A stretch of 64,000 nt of DNA, taken from NCBI GenBank assembly GCA_964357615.1, contig CAYHMC010000001.1, forward strand, positions 66,602 to 130,601. Direction: 5' to 3'. Positions 28,290-37,245 of this stretch are shown here, piece after piece; positions within the stretch are counted from its first letter, which is position 1; the number at the start of each line of letters is the position of its first letter. Below the pieces are notes generated by a model that had not been told where the DNA came from, ran no database searches, and saw only the letters and a program-made list of their open reading frames with translations. Source of the stretch: an uncultured Candidatus Saccharibacteria bacterium (GTDB lineage Bacteria > Patescibacteriota > Minisyncoccia > UBA6257 > JACOXY01). Position numbers and translations under genes: made by a program.

Positions 28290-28697
28290 TGTAGGTTGGT
28301 TACGCGTAAGCCGGATTCTGTTATATAAACGATAAAGCTTATATGATAGCGATTTATCTGGGCTAAAGATTACTCCTTAGCTCTGGCGACTCCCCAAAAT
28401 GTAAAATATTTACACATGGTGCGGTCTTGCACTCTGTAAGGATTTAGCCGTTTCACTTCCGTTTTTTTGTCCTTATGGCGGAATTAGACCAACAAGCTTA
28501 GGATTGGGTCTCTTTAATTTTTTCAAATTAAAGCGTCACTGCTCGCACCTCTATTCTTACGAACGACGGCTGTTAGCCGCTACATTTTTTCACCTCGGCG
28601 GGTGCTTGCGCTCCGAAGCCTTGGCGAAGGAGTGTCCGGACTTTCCTCTCCCTTAATCTATTGATTTAGAGAGTAGCTATCTCAATAACCAACCTTC
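28290..28697 (-). ncRNA. rnpB: RNase P RNA (bacterial type A-like), about 405 nt
   Basis: Minus-strand read. The P4 5' strand GAGGAAAGUCCGGACAC lies at plus 28637-28653. The P4 3' strand ACAGAAUCCGGCUUA lies at plus 28307-28321. P1 pairs 5' AGGUUGGUUA (ending at 28696) with 3' UAACCAACCU (28293-28302). The region is GC-enriched. Its own TTGTCA-17-TATAAT promoter sits upstream. Confidence 0.85.
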
Positions 28698-28701
28698 TGA
28701 T

Positions 28702-28752
28702 ATTATACCATAATTCAATGAAATTGACAATATGATAAAAATAGTGTATAAT
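28702..28752. promoter_or_regulatory. Overlapping divergent consensus sigma70 promoters sharing the near-palindromic -35 TTGACAA. The minus-strand promoter is TTGTCA(28730-28725)-17-TATAAT(28707-28702) for rnpB. The plus-strand promoter is TTGACA(28724-28729)-17-TATAAT(28747-28752) for the GC-rich cassette.
   Basis: Read directly. Both spacers are exactly 17 nt and both -10 boxes are perfect TATAAT. The predicted rnpB transcription start coincides with the P1 5' end. Confidence 0.65.
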
Positions 28753-28796
28753 TATGGCAGTTATTCACCATCTGTTCTGGCTAAATGGAGGCTGTG

Positions 28797-29102
28797 ATGC
28801 CGACTGGACTTCGAACTAATACGAGCTTTGCAGGGCTTGTGGCAAACCTGAAGGAGAATTGTCACATCATACATCACACAGGTTCAAAGGAGGCTAAGGC
28901 ATATCTCGTGATTTCTTACGGGAAATACACCGTTTCAGTTGCTCCTCATGAGGGGGGGGTAATGTATGTAACTCCACATCATGTTTTGGAGGAAATACAC
29001 TCTGGGGCACTTCGCATAGCATATGCGGAAATTATCGCCGAGCATGCGAAGCTGTGGGGGGTTAGCTTCGACTTAGGTAATCCGAGGATACTTCCGGCAT
29101 AA
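28797..29102 (+). CDS. His-rich small protein of unknown family (101 aa from Met5; the track ORF starts at 28785). It lies in the GC-rich island.
   Basis: SD GGAGG (28787-28791) lies 5 nt before ATG 28797. Ten His residues (HIIHH, APHEGG, TPHHV, EEIHSG, AEHAKLW). Local GC is about 48% against a genome value of about 35%. Confidence 0.5.
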   Translation: MPTGLRTNTSFAGLVANLKENCHIIHHTGSKEAKAYLVISYGKYTVSVAPHEGGVMYVTPHHVLEEIHSGALRIAYAEIIAEHAKLWGVSFDLGNPRILPA

Positions 29103-29120
29103 GTGAGGGGAGGGTAAAAA

Positions 29121-29318
29121 ATGAAGCCAAGAAGTTTTGTTTCTCCGCGTGCTTGCTATCAAAAAAGTGAGCGGTGTACAGGCAAGATTACCATGTGTTT
29201 TAGGTTGCTCAGTGGCAAATGGCTAAGGCATCCTATGTGCTGGTTGCACACTTGCAAGACAAACAATAAGCAATGTATATCGCATTGCAGAACTTGCGGG
29301 AGTCATGAGACTTACTGA
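29121..29318 (+). CDS. Cationic Cys-rich small protein (65 aa, 8 Cys). Possible Zn-binding peptide.
   Basis: SD GGAGGG lies 6 nt before ATG 29121. Cys spacing is C-x6-C-x6-C-x13-C-x4-C-x6-C-x3-C-x2-C. A strong terminator follows. Confidence 0.4.
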   Translation: MKPRSFVSPRACYQKSERCTGKITMCFRLLSGKWLRHPMCWLHTCKTNNKQCISHCRTCGSHETY

Positions 29319-29323
29319 AAGTG

Positions 29324-29360
29324 ATCGGGTTTAGGTGAGAGTCCTAGGCCCGATTTTTTA
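29324..29360 (+). terminator. Strong rho-independent terminator. The 12-bp stem ATCGGGTTTAGG/CCTAGGCCCGAT is followed by TTTTTTATTT.
   Basis: Read directly. It closes the plus-strand GC-rich cassette. Confidence 0.7.
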
Positions 29361-29371
29361 TTTGGATTGAT

Positions 29372-31297
29372 TTAGTAATCAATTTTTTTTACTTTTTGAT
29401 TCCGTATGCGAAATGTTATTACAAGAATTCCAGCTAGAGTAATCAGAATTACATACAAAATCATAAAAAATCTAAACCAAGAAAAATTACTTTCTTCACC
29501 AATGAATAAAGATGCAAACATTGAATTTTTAGAAGTAATATTAGTACTAGAGCCAATCATATTTGAGCTAGATGCAACTGATGTATTATTTTCAGTGTTT
29601 CCTGCAGATGCAATATCATTCAAATTATAAACGCGTCCATCACTACACATTACAATATTTGTTAATTCACAACTACCAGAAACCGATAAAATTTCTCCAT
29701 TTGGTAGAGTTATTTTTGACGAAGTAGTTGAATTATTGTTATGAATTTCATCTGAGTTTTGTGCCGAAGGGGTAATTGAAGTAGTTGGCTTACCAATTCC
29801 ATTTAATGACCTTGGTAATATTTTTGTAGCACAATTTACAAAAGCCCTCTTTCCCAAATTATCAGATATAGTTAGAGTAACAATTTTTGTTCCAACGGTT
29901 CTAAAACTAATTTTTTGCGAATCACCAATTTTTGAGATTGCACCTGCCCAAACATATGAATATGGTGCTGTTCCACCAATTGCTCTTGCACTAAATAAAA
30001 CTTCCTCACCAACTTCTGCAGTATTTTTGTTTACATCACAAATGGCATTAAAATAAGTTCCCGAATTTGCTCCGGAAGAACCAATCGGTGTTTTTGTAGG
30101 TGTTGGTGAAGTTTTTGGAAGATTAGAAACAGACCCATCTGTTGCTGTTTTTTCAATTGATACTAAAGCAGATGCATAAGTCGAACCAGTTTCGCCGTAG
30201 CAAGTTAATGTGTAATTTGTTTGGGAATTTGGCCAAACATATTCCACTCCGTTTGCTGGTTTAACACCTTGCCAGCCACCAGTTGCTATACAAGAAGTTG
30301 TGTTGTTTGACTGCCATTTTAGCGTAGAGGTATATCCACTTTTAATAATTGCAGGTGATGCAGAAAAAACTAAAGATGTTTTATTTTGTAAATTATTATA
30401 ACCAGTCTGCGAATTTGGTGTTGGTGTTGGGTAGTATGCAGAGGAGTTTGATACTGTGACTGTAGCGGTAACAGTTTTGATATTGTTTCCATTTGAACAT
30501 GTAAGTGTGTAGTTTGTTGAATTAGTCGGTGAAACAAATTCATTTCCATAAGCTGGTTTAGTTCCTGTCCAAGCACCACCTCCATAACAGGCGCTCACAT
30601 TAACAGCTCCCCAACTTATTTTTGCGCTTTGTCCAGGAAATATAATTTGTGGATTGGCTGAAATTGTAATATCAATTGCGCCGTTTAGAGTATTAGAATT
30701 TATATTTGAGGAAGTACTGGTTTGACCAACACCATTTATTACAAAAACAGTTATACTTTTGCTAGTTTTATAAAGAGAATTTGAACAGCTTAGAGTATAG
30801 CTAGTAGTATTTTGTGGAGCTACAGAAATTGAGCCAGAAGAAAGATAGTTTCCAGCAAAGCCCCCACTTGCAATACAGCGATCTGTATCGGTTGAGCTCC
30901 AAGTAATAAGTGATGAATCGCCTTTATTTATAGATGTCTGACTTGCAGATATATTTAGTTGAGGCATTTGTATTTGTCCTACTGATACAAATATACTTTC
31001 CGTGGTGAGCAAACCAGCGGAGTTCCAGCATTTTAATGTAAATTTAGCAGAAAAAGGTGGTTTTGAAGTATAGGAACCAGAAGTATTTCTGTGCCCGCTC
31101 CAGTTGTCGTGTGCTGAACAAGTAGAAGTGTTAGTGGTAGACCAAGTTACAGTTACGCTTTCGCCAGATATTACTTGATATTTATCAGCGCTTAGGCTGA
31201 TTGTAGGTGCGCCAATTTGAGCATACGAAATAGGCGCTACAAATAAACTAATAAATATAACGAGACAAAGGGTGTATAAAAAAGATATTTTTGTCAT
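29372..31297 (-). CDS. Cell-surface protein with a signal peptide, about five tandem Ig-like repeats of about 95 aa, a Ser/Thr-rich stalk and a C-terminal TM anchor
   Basis: Repeated pattern W(S/Q)(S/T)TN(T/A)x(S/T)C...GGWxGxK...YTLTCxN. C-terminal FRFFMILYVILITLAGILVITF followed by basic residues. Confidence 0.8.
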   Translation of the reverse strand: MTKISFLYTLCLVIFISLFVAPISYAQIGAPTISLSADKYQVISGESVTVTWSTTNTSTCSAHDNWSGHRNTSGSYTSKPPFSAKFTLKCWNSAGLLTTESIFVSVGQIQMPQLNISASQTSINKGDSSLITWSSTDTDRCIASGGFAGNYLSSGSISVAPQNTTSYTLSCSNSLYKTSKSITVFVINGVGQTSTSSNINSNTLNGAIDITISANPQIIFPGQSAKISWGAVNVSACYGGGAWTGTKPAYGNEFVSPTNSTNYTLTCSNGNNIKTVTATVTVSNSSAYYPTPTPNSQTGYNNLQNKTSLVFSASPAIIKSGYTSTLKWQSNNTTSCIATGGWQGVKPANGVEYVWPNSQTNYTLTCYGETGSTYASALVSIEKTATDGSVSNLPKTSPTPTKTPIGSSGANSGTYFNAICDVNKNTAEVGEEVLFSARAIGGTAPYSYVWAGAISKIGDSQKISFRTVGTKIVTLTISDNLGKRAFVNCATKILPRSLNGIGKPTTSITPSAQNSDEIHNNNSTTSSKITLPNGEILSVSGSCELTNIVMCSDGRVYNLNDIASAGNTENNTSVASSSNMIGSSTNITSKNSMFASLFIGEESNFSWFRFFMILYVILITLAGILVITFRIRNQKVKKIDY

Positions 31298-31464
31298 ATT
31301 GTTTATGTATAAAAATAGGAAAATACTTCACTTTTAAGACTATATTGTAACATATTTTAGCCAAAAAGTCAATATAAAAGCCTTTTATATCTAAGTATAA
31401 TAATAAAATAACCCTACTTACAATAAGCAGAGTTTGTGTGTAATAATAAATCATCAGAAAGGCT

Positions 31465-31722
31465 TTAGTGATGATGTTTATGATGGTGGAATCTCTGGTG
31501 ATGTTTATATTTGTATCGCGGAAAAGTATGGTGATAATATGGAGGAATATAATGTACTCTTGGACTAACAATGCCGTATCCGTAATTACAAACTAAGTTA
31601 CCAAGAAAATCATAATAACAATTTGAAGCAGTTCGTCTCCCAACAACCAAACAAGACGAAAAAGTTAATGAAGTAAAAATTGATGTAAGAATTACTAAAA
31701 CTAGTTTCCTAGATTTGATCAT
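31465..31722 (-). CDS. Small secreted protein or lipoprotein with a His/Tyr-rich C-terminus (HHTFPRYKYKHHQRFHHHKHHH)
   Basis: 85-aa ORF with a signal peptide and a Cys after LTFSS. The poly-His tail suggests metal binding. Confidence 0.5.
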   Translation of the reverse strand: MIKSRKLVLVILTSIFTSLTFSSCLVVGRRTASNCYYDFLGNLVCNYGYGIVSPRVHYIPPYYHHTFPRYKYKHHQRFHHHKHHH

Positions 31723-31783
31723 TTTTACCTCGCTTCCAATTTGCTTTTTTTATTATAACACGAAATAATTATTATATCAAGAT

Positions 31784-32506
31784 ATGAAAATACATAGATT
31801 TTATATAGAAACAGATTATAGCAACAAAAAAATCAAATTTGATGATGGTGAGTTATTAAATCAATTAAAAAAAGTTCTAAGATTGAGAATTGGTGATAGT
31901 GTAGTTTTGTTTAATAAAGAAGGTAAAGAATTTAAAGCCAGCATCGAGTCATATACTTCCAAGGGTTGTGTATTTAATATTACTAAAATTAAAGAAAATA
32001 ACAGAGAAATAAAAAATACTGTACTTTTATATTGCAGTATATTAAAGCGTGATAATTTTGAATTTGTAGTCCAAAAAGCTACAGAGATTGGAATTGATAG
32101 AATAACGCCGATTGTTACCAGTAGAACAATTAAATTTGATTTGAGAAGTGATCGATTGGGCAAAATTATAAAAGAGGCCTCTGAGCAATCCGGAAGAGTT
32201 AAATTGCCAATTTTATCTGATAAAATCTCACTTAAGGAATCAATGGATAGCGCTAAAAAAAATAACGCTATTAATATATTTTTCGATTCAGCAGGTAAAA
32301 ATATTAATGAATTAATGGGAAAAAACAAAATTGGAAACAAAAAAAATCAAATAGGAATTTTTATTGGACCAGAGGGGGGTTGGACTAATGAAGAACTTGA
32401 GCTTGCAAAAAAATCAAATTTTAAAATAATTTCACTTGGAGAAACAACGCTCCGAGCCGAAACAGCGGCAATAATTTCTACTTATATTTCAGTAAATTTG
32501 ATTTAG
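31784..32506 (+). CDS. rsmE: 16S rRNA (uracil1498-N3)-methyltransferase
   Basis: The C-terminal IFIGPEGGWTNEELELA...LGETTLRAETAAI is the RsmE signature. Confidence 0.85.
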   Translation: MKIHRFYIETDYSNKKIKFDDGELLNQLKKVLRLRIGDSVVLFNKEGKEFKASIESYTSKGCVFNITKIKENNREIKNTVLLYCSILKRDNFEFVVQKATEIGIDRITPIVTSRTIKFDLRSDRLGKIIKEASEQSGRVKLPILSDKISLKESMDSAKKNNAINIFFDSAGKNINELMGKNKIGNKKNQIGIFIGPEGGWTNEELELAKKSNFKIISLGETTLRAETAAIISTYISVNLI

Positions 32507-32526
32507 GTTATTGAATCACAATAAAA

Positions 32527-32555
32527 TAAAACCGCCGTAAAGGGCGGTTTTATTT
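32527..32555. terminator. Bidirectional terminator AAAACCGCC-gtaaag-GGCGGTTTT
   Basis: Read directly. It lies between rsmE and the convergent 32571-33449 gene. Confidence 0.7.
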
Positions 32556-32570
32556 TATTCATTGCAGAAA

Positions 32571-32800
32571 TTATGGAGTTGGTGTTGGCGATGGAGTTAC
32601 TGTCGGTGTCGGAGTTGGACTTGGTGTCGGAGTTGCTGTTGGAGATGGGCTGGGTGTCGGTGATGGGGTTGGTGTTGGTGTCGGAGTAGCTGATGGCGTT
32701 GGTGTTACTGCTGGAGTTGATGTCGGGGACGGAGTTGGCGTTACTGATGGCGTAGGAGTCACTGATGGCGTTGAAGTTGGGGATACAGTTGGTTTTGGAG
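32571..32800. repeat. Imperfect tandem DNA repeats (ggagttggtgttgg / gatggcgttgg units) encoding the PT-rich tail
   Basis: Visible periodicity in the sequence. Confidence 0.6.
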
Positions 32801-33449
32801 TTTCGTTAATTTTTTTCCAAATTCCAGGTGGTAGAACTTGGCACTCAGGGACTACCGGTTGGTCGCCATTTTTCTTTTTCCAGCCAGGTGCAACTAGGTG
32901 CCCAGGTGGGATTATCGCACATAATTTTTTACCCCTTGAAACTGACGGTGTTCCTTCCGTTGAAGTTGCATTATCTTCAAAATGAACTGGGTTTTTTCTT
33001 AGAAGTTCATTTAGTACTTTTAGAGTTTGAGGGCCGACTCTGCCAACTCCTGGTAGTCCATGTTTTTTCTGTAATCGCTTTATTGCTTCTTTTGTAAGAT
33101 TGCCGAAGTTCCCAGTTATTAATCCTTCTGGATAAATTTCAGAATCAGAAGCAAGCAAAGCCTGAATTATTAGAACATCTTCGTTTTTATCTCCAGGGTT
33201 TAGTTGCTTTTTAAGATCACTCACAACTTCTTTAAGTTCCGTATTGATTGTTTGTTGTTTTGTTTTTAATGCATTAATTTGTTCGTTTAATGTTTGCATT
33301 TGTTTCATTAGTGCGCTTATTTGGTCGAGAAGCGATTGGGTTCCGCTACTAACTGTACTTGTAGTTACTGCAAAGCCCTCTCCTGGCAAAACAGCGATTC
33401 CTAATCCGAGCACACTAATAATTAATGCTATGAAAATTGAATTACGCAT
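32571..33449 (-). CDS. Secreted protein with a coiled-coil segment, a peptidoglycan-binding (PG_binding_1-like) domain and a C-terminal Pro/Thr/Ser-rich repeat tail
   Basis: [38 protein letters not shown]. Tail [10 protein letters not shown]... Confidence 0.7.
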   Translation of the reverse strand: MRNSIFIALIISVLGLGIAVLPGEGFAVTTSTVSSGTQSLLDQISALMKQMQTLNEQINALKTKQQTINTELKEVVSDLKKQLNPGDKNEDVLIIQALLASDSEIYPEGLITGNFGNLTKEAIKRLQKKHGLPGVGRVGPQTLKVLNELLRKNPVHFEDNATSTEGTPSVSRGKKLCAIIPPGHLVAPGWKKKNGDQPVVPECQVLPPGIWKKINETPKPTVSPTSTPSVTPTPSVTPTPSPTSTPAVTPTPSATPTPTPTPSPTPSPSPTATPTPSPTPTPTVTPSPTPTP

Positions 33450-33632
33450 ATATGTTTAAATTTATGTTTTATTAGATTATTAATTGTAAATATCGACCCT
33501 TTATACATCCAATTATATATTTGACGCATTAAATTACAAGCTCTTACAATTAATTCTTCATAAAAATATTGTGTATTTGAAACCTTAGGTGTATTCTATT
33601 TTTAGTATTTTAAAATAGAAAGGTGTAAATCT

Positions 33633-35045
33633 ATGTGTGGTGTGGTTGGAGTTTTTGGAAAAGAAAATGCAACCGAGCTAACACTAGATATGATGGAGGC
33701 CCTGCAACACAGAGGTCATCAAAGTTCTGGATGCGTACTCATAGGCAACGATGGTGAAGTAATCTTTGAAAGAGAACTTGGAATAATACTTAATTTACTT
33801 AAACAGCTTAAAGAAATTGATGTTCCACTGGACACTTTTAGTGGCATTGGACAGCTTAGATACGGAACTGCTGGAAGTAGAGATAAGATGGAAAATGCTC
33901 AACCGCTTTATGTTGGAAGGCGGAATGCTGAAATTTATTTAGCTCACAATGGCGACACTCCATATGACAAAGAAATGCGCGAAGAGTTATTGGCTATGGG
34001 AGCAAAATTTAGCATTACAAGCGATACCGAGCTTATTTGCCAGTATATTGCAAAAAGCAGAGAAGAAGACTCAATTGATGCTATTTTGGATGGACTTAGT
34101 TCATATAGAGGAACATACGCAATCACTATGCTTTTAAAAGATGACGATGGCTCCAAATTGATTGTAGCTAGAGATCATTCTGGCAACAGGCCTTTGTGGC
34201 TTGGAAAAAAAGACGATAGTTGGCTTGTGGCATCTGAAGACATTGCATTCGAGGCGATAGAAGGAAAATCAATTAGAGAAATTTTACCAGGAGAAATGTT
34301 AGTTATTTCTAATGATGGATTATCAACTAGAATTATTCCTAATAAAAATGAATTGAAAAGTGGGTCACAACATTGTGTTTTTGAAAATATCTATTTTTCA
34401 TTCCCCAATTCATTAAGCTTTGGAGTTCCAGTTGGTAAATTTCAAGAAGAATTAGGTAAAATTGTAGCAAGAAAATTAAGAAATTTAGTTTTGGATAGTG
34501 ATGTTATTACAAATATTCCTGATTCATCCAATTTATTTATGGATGGATTTTCTAGTGAGTTAAACAAATTTCCAACTAGAGCAATAATTCGAAAGCATAA
34601 TTATCGTAGTTTTACAGAGTCTAGTAAATTAAGAAGAGAAAGTGTTGTTCGTAAAAAGCATAGTTTTAATGGAGAAAAAGTTTCCGGTAAAAGGGTTTGG
34701 GTTTTGGATGATTCGATTGTTCGTGGTAGTACATCTAGAAAAATAATTAGAGCACTTAGAAAACATGGTGCAACTTGGGTAGGAATGATATCCAGCGCCC
34801 CTCCTGTTATTGGACAATGTCGAAAGGGGATTGATTTTGAGGAAGATTTGGTTGCCGGAAAATATCTTGATTCTGGAACGCAAAACTATTTTCTTGATGA
34901 AATCAGAAAAGAGATTGAAGCTGATTTTCTGTTCTATACCAGTATAGAAGACTTAAGAGAATCACTTAGAGTATGTAATGCAAATCCTAGTTCATTTTGT
35001 TTCGGATGTTTCACGGGCAAAGAACCCGTGTTTGGAGCGTGGTAG
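33633..35045 (+). CDS. purF: Amidophosphoribosyltransferase-like protein (class II Ntn glutamine amidotransferase plus PRTase domain)
   Basis: N-terminal MCGVVGV with Cys2. PRPP-binding loop VWVLDDSIVRGSTS. Confidence 0.8.
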   Translation: MCGVVGVFGKENATELTLDMMEALQHRGHQSSGCVLIGNDGEVIFERELGIILNLLKQLKEIDVPLDTFSGIGQLRYGTAGSRDKMENAQPLYVGRRNAEIYLAHNGDTPYDKEMREELLAMGAKFSITSDTELICQYIAKSREEDSIDAILDGLSSYRGTYAITMLLKDDDGSKLIVARDHSGNRPLWLGKKDDSWLVASEDIAFEAIEGKSIREILPGEMLVISNDGLSTRIIPNKNELKSGSQHCVFENIYFSFPNSLSFGVPVGKFQEELGKIVARKLRNLVLDSDVITNIPDSSNLFMDGFSSELNKFPTRAIIRKHNYRSFTESSKLRRESVVRKKHSFNGEKVSGKRVWVLDDSIVRGSTSRKIIRALRKHGATWVGMISSAPPVIGQCRKGIDFEEDLVAGKYLDSGTQNYFLDEIRKEIEADFLFYTSIEDLRESLRVCNANPSSFCFGCFTGKEPVFGAW

Positions 35046-35061
35046 AATTTTAAATAAAAAA

Positions 35062-35090
35062 ATAAGCACCGAAATTTCGGTGCTTTTATA
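35062..35090. terminator. Bidirectional terminator AAGCACCGAAATTTCGGTGCTT
   Basis: Perfect palindrome with A- and T-runs, between purF and the convergent 35093-35308 gene. Confidence 0.7.
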
Positions 35091-35092
35091 AT

Positions 35093-35308
35093 TCAGAATT
35101 TTGTACATTTTCGACAAAGTAAAAATGGAGCGCCCAACCAAGTCATGGTATCAACGCTGTGTTTATCTAGTTCTTCTCCACAACCACGGCAATGAGTTTT
35201 GTCATTTGGATGCTCATTCCTGCAAGAAAGTGGCACGCTAAATATTGACCTTGAATGTTTAGTGTCTTTTTTGCAAACACCACAATATTTAATCCGGTCT
35301 TCTGACAC
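35093..35308 (-). CDS. Small zinc-ribbon protein (three CxxC pairs)
   Basis: CGVCKK...CRGCGEEL...CRKCTKF. Confidence 0.5.
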   Translation of the reverse strand: MSEDRIKYCGVCKKDTKHSRSIFSVPLSCRNEHPNDKTHCRGCGEELDKHSVDTMTWLGAPFLLCRKCTKF

Positions 35309-35422
35309 AGGTCATTCCTCGTTAAAATTCTATTTATAGACTAATTTATAAAAATATATTTTGCAAACATAATGCATACTTATTAACAGCTCAGATGCAC
35401 CTTAGAATGTTATACTAGTTAC

Positions 35423-36433
35423 ATGCGCAAATTGAAAATTGCAATTTTAATGGGTGGACCTTCATCTGAGCATGAAGTTTCTATAAAAAGTGGTTTAAAC
35501 GCTTTAAAAAATTTAAATTCTAAAAAATATAAAGCAGTACCAGTATTTATTGATACTAGAGGTTATTGGCTTTTTCCTGGAAAGCACGAGCATCCGCTAA
35601 CTGAGCCAGAAGCAATTTTAAATTTAGAGCAACTTAAAGTAAAAGCTGTTTTAATTGCGCTTCACGGAGAATACGGAGAAGATGGGGGAGTGCAAAGCGT
35701 GCTAAGTGCCGGAAAAATTCCTTTTACCGGATCGAAATCACTTCCGAGTGCCCTTTCAATGCACAAAGTTTTAGCTGGCAATGTATTTGTGAGGGCTGGA
35801 CTCTTGGTTCCCGAGTCTTACGAGATTAAAAAAAGTGATTGGAAATCAAAATCTCAAGTAGTTTTGAAACACATATATAATACATTTGGAAATATCGTTG
35901 TTATAAAACCAACAAATCGTGGCTCAAGCATTGGTGTAAGTTTAGTTAGAATTTTCAAAAATAATTTGCATCCATTAGACCTCGCAATTCAAAAAGCATT
36001 TTCTGTAAGCCGACATGTAATTGCGCAAAAATATATCTCTGGAAGGGAAGTTACTTGCGGTGTTTTAGATGTCTCTGGAACTGCTGAAGCATTGATGCCA
36101 ACCGAAATTATTCCAATAGAAAGTTCATTTTTTGATTTCAAGGCAAAGTACGAAGGCGCCTCAAAAGAAATTACACCTCCAAAAAAAATGTCATTAAAAC
36201 TTATAAAAAGAATAGAAGGCGTGGCATTAGTAGCGCACAAAGCTTTGGGGCTAAAGGGTGTAACTAGAACCGATATGATAATTGACAATGATAATAATAT
36301 TTATGTTTTAGAAACTAATACGATACCAGGGCTTACAGAGGCTAGTTTAATTCCTAAGCAAGCTAAAACATGCGGAATATCTTTCCCGAAGCTTTTGGAT
36401 TTGATGATTAAAGACGCACTTCACGAAGCTTAA
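35423..36433 (+). CDS. ddl: D-alanine--D-alanine ligase
   Basis: KIAILMGGPSSEHEVSIKSG. ATP-grasp motifs. C-terminal LETNTIPGLTEASLIP. Confidence 0.9.
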   Translation: MRKLKIAILMGGPSSEHEVSIKSGLNALKNLNSKKYKAVPVFIDTRGYWLFPGKHEHPLTEPEAILNLEQLKVKAVLIALHGEYGEDGGVQSVLSAGKIPFTGSKSLPSALSMHKVLAGNVFVRAGLLVPESYEIKKSDWKSKSQVVLKHIYNTFGNIVVIKPTNRGSSIGVSLVRIFKNNLHPLDLAIQKAFSVSRHVIAQKYISGREVTCGVLDVSGTAEALMPTEIIPIESSFFDFKAKYEGASKEITPPKKMSLKLIKRIEGVALVAHKALGLKGVTRTDMIIDNDNNIYVLETNTIPGLTEASLIPKQAKTCGISFPKLLDLMIKDALHEA

Positions 36434-36467
36434 AGGACAAAATTAAAAATCTTAAGTACTTAAGTAA

Positions 36468-37244
36468 TTAAATATACTTAACTTTTTTTAACCAATTTTC
36501 ATTTTCCCATTCCCATAATTTTTTTGCACCGAGAAATGCGTCGAAATCATTTTGCCAATTTGGAAATTCTTTAACTTCAATAATTCCCTTAAGTTCGCCC
36601 CATTCGTGTGTGTCGTCCGCACAAACAGAACCTTTTCTGGGCCACGGCTTTCTAACTTTTTTCCTATCTCCTTTGGGTCGCATTGTTGTGGGACAATTTA
36701 GACAAGTATGAATTTGGTCAATGCGCATAATCCACCTCGTTTGTAAATTTTTAAATTCTTTTGAAAGTGATGCCATATAGGCGCTTGTTTGTAAGTTATA
36801 ATCGCGGTAAATTCCCTGTGAAGTTTTAATATCCATCACACCAAACTTGCCGTCCATCAAAACCATTGCGTCTATTGTGCCAGCATAGCGCTCGTCTTTA
36901 TTGCAAATTCTTCTTTCTACTAATTCAGGTGAAGTTTGAATATTGTTGCGTTCTAAATAATCAATGAATGCCGAAATTGCTGGTTTTATAACAGGAGGTA
37001 CTTCTGGATTTTTGCCAAGAAGTATAGCTTCCGATATTTCATGAATCATAGTGCCTTCTTCGGCTGCTTTTTTTGTTGAGTCTTGCGCCGCTTTGTAGCT
37101 TGTCGCTTCTCCGTAGTAAAAATAAAGCGCAGGTTTTGATTTTATATCTATAATTTTGGTTACGCGAGGATACCAAGCGCCATCTATTTCATATCCGCAC
37201 TTTTCTTTAAAATCATTTTCGTCTTTGTAATCCCATAGTGACAT
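36468..37244 (-). CDS. PD-(D/E)XK nuclease of the Cas4/RecB-like family with Cys residues consistent with an Fe-S cluster
   Basis: Motif II IDAMVLMDG, motif III GVMDIKTS, QxxxY as QTSAY, and Cys residues at KCGYE and C-LNC...C-ADD. Confidence 0.65.
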   Translation of the reverse strand: MSLWDYKDENDFKEKCGYEIDGAWYPRVTKIIDIKSKPALYFYYGEATSYKAAQDSTKKAAEEGTMIHEISEAILLGKNPEVPPVIKPAISAFIDYLERNNIQTSPELVERRICNKDERYAGTIDAMVLMDGKFGVMDIKTSQGIYRDYNLQTSAYMASLSKEFKNLQTRWIMRIDQIHTCLNCPTTMRPKGDRKKVRKPWPRKGSVCADDTHEWGELKGIIEVKEFPNWQNDFDAFLGAKKLWEWENENWLKKVKYI

Positions 37245-37245
37245 A

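Noticed and set aside
28785-29360. A tmRNA (ssrA) interpretation of the GC-rich island, suggested by a 5' GGCUGUGAUGCCGACUGGACUUCGAAC resembling a tmRNA 5' end and an ORF ending ...ILPA-stop.
   Set aside because: No tRNA-like 3' domain (T-arm GGUUCGAnUCC plus acceptor CCA pairing with the 5' end) is present. Two reading frames each have an ideal SD-ATG and a terminator. It is kept only as an alternative inside the finding.
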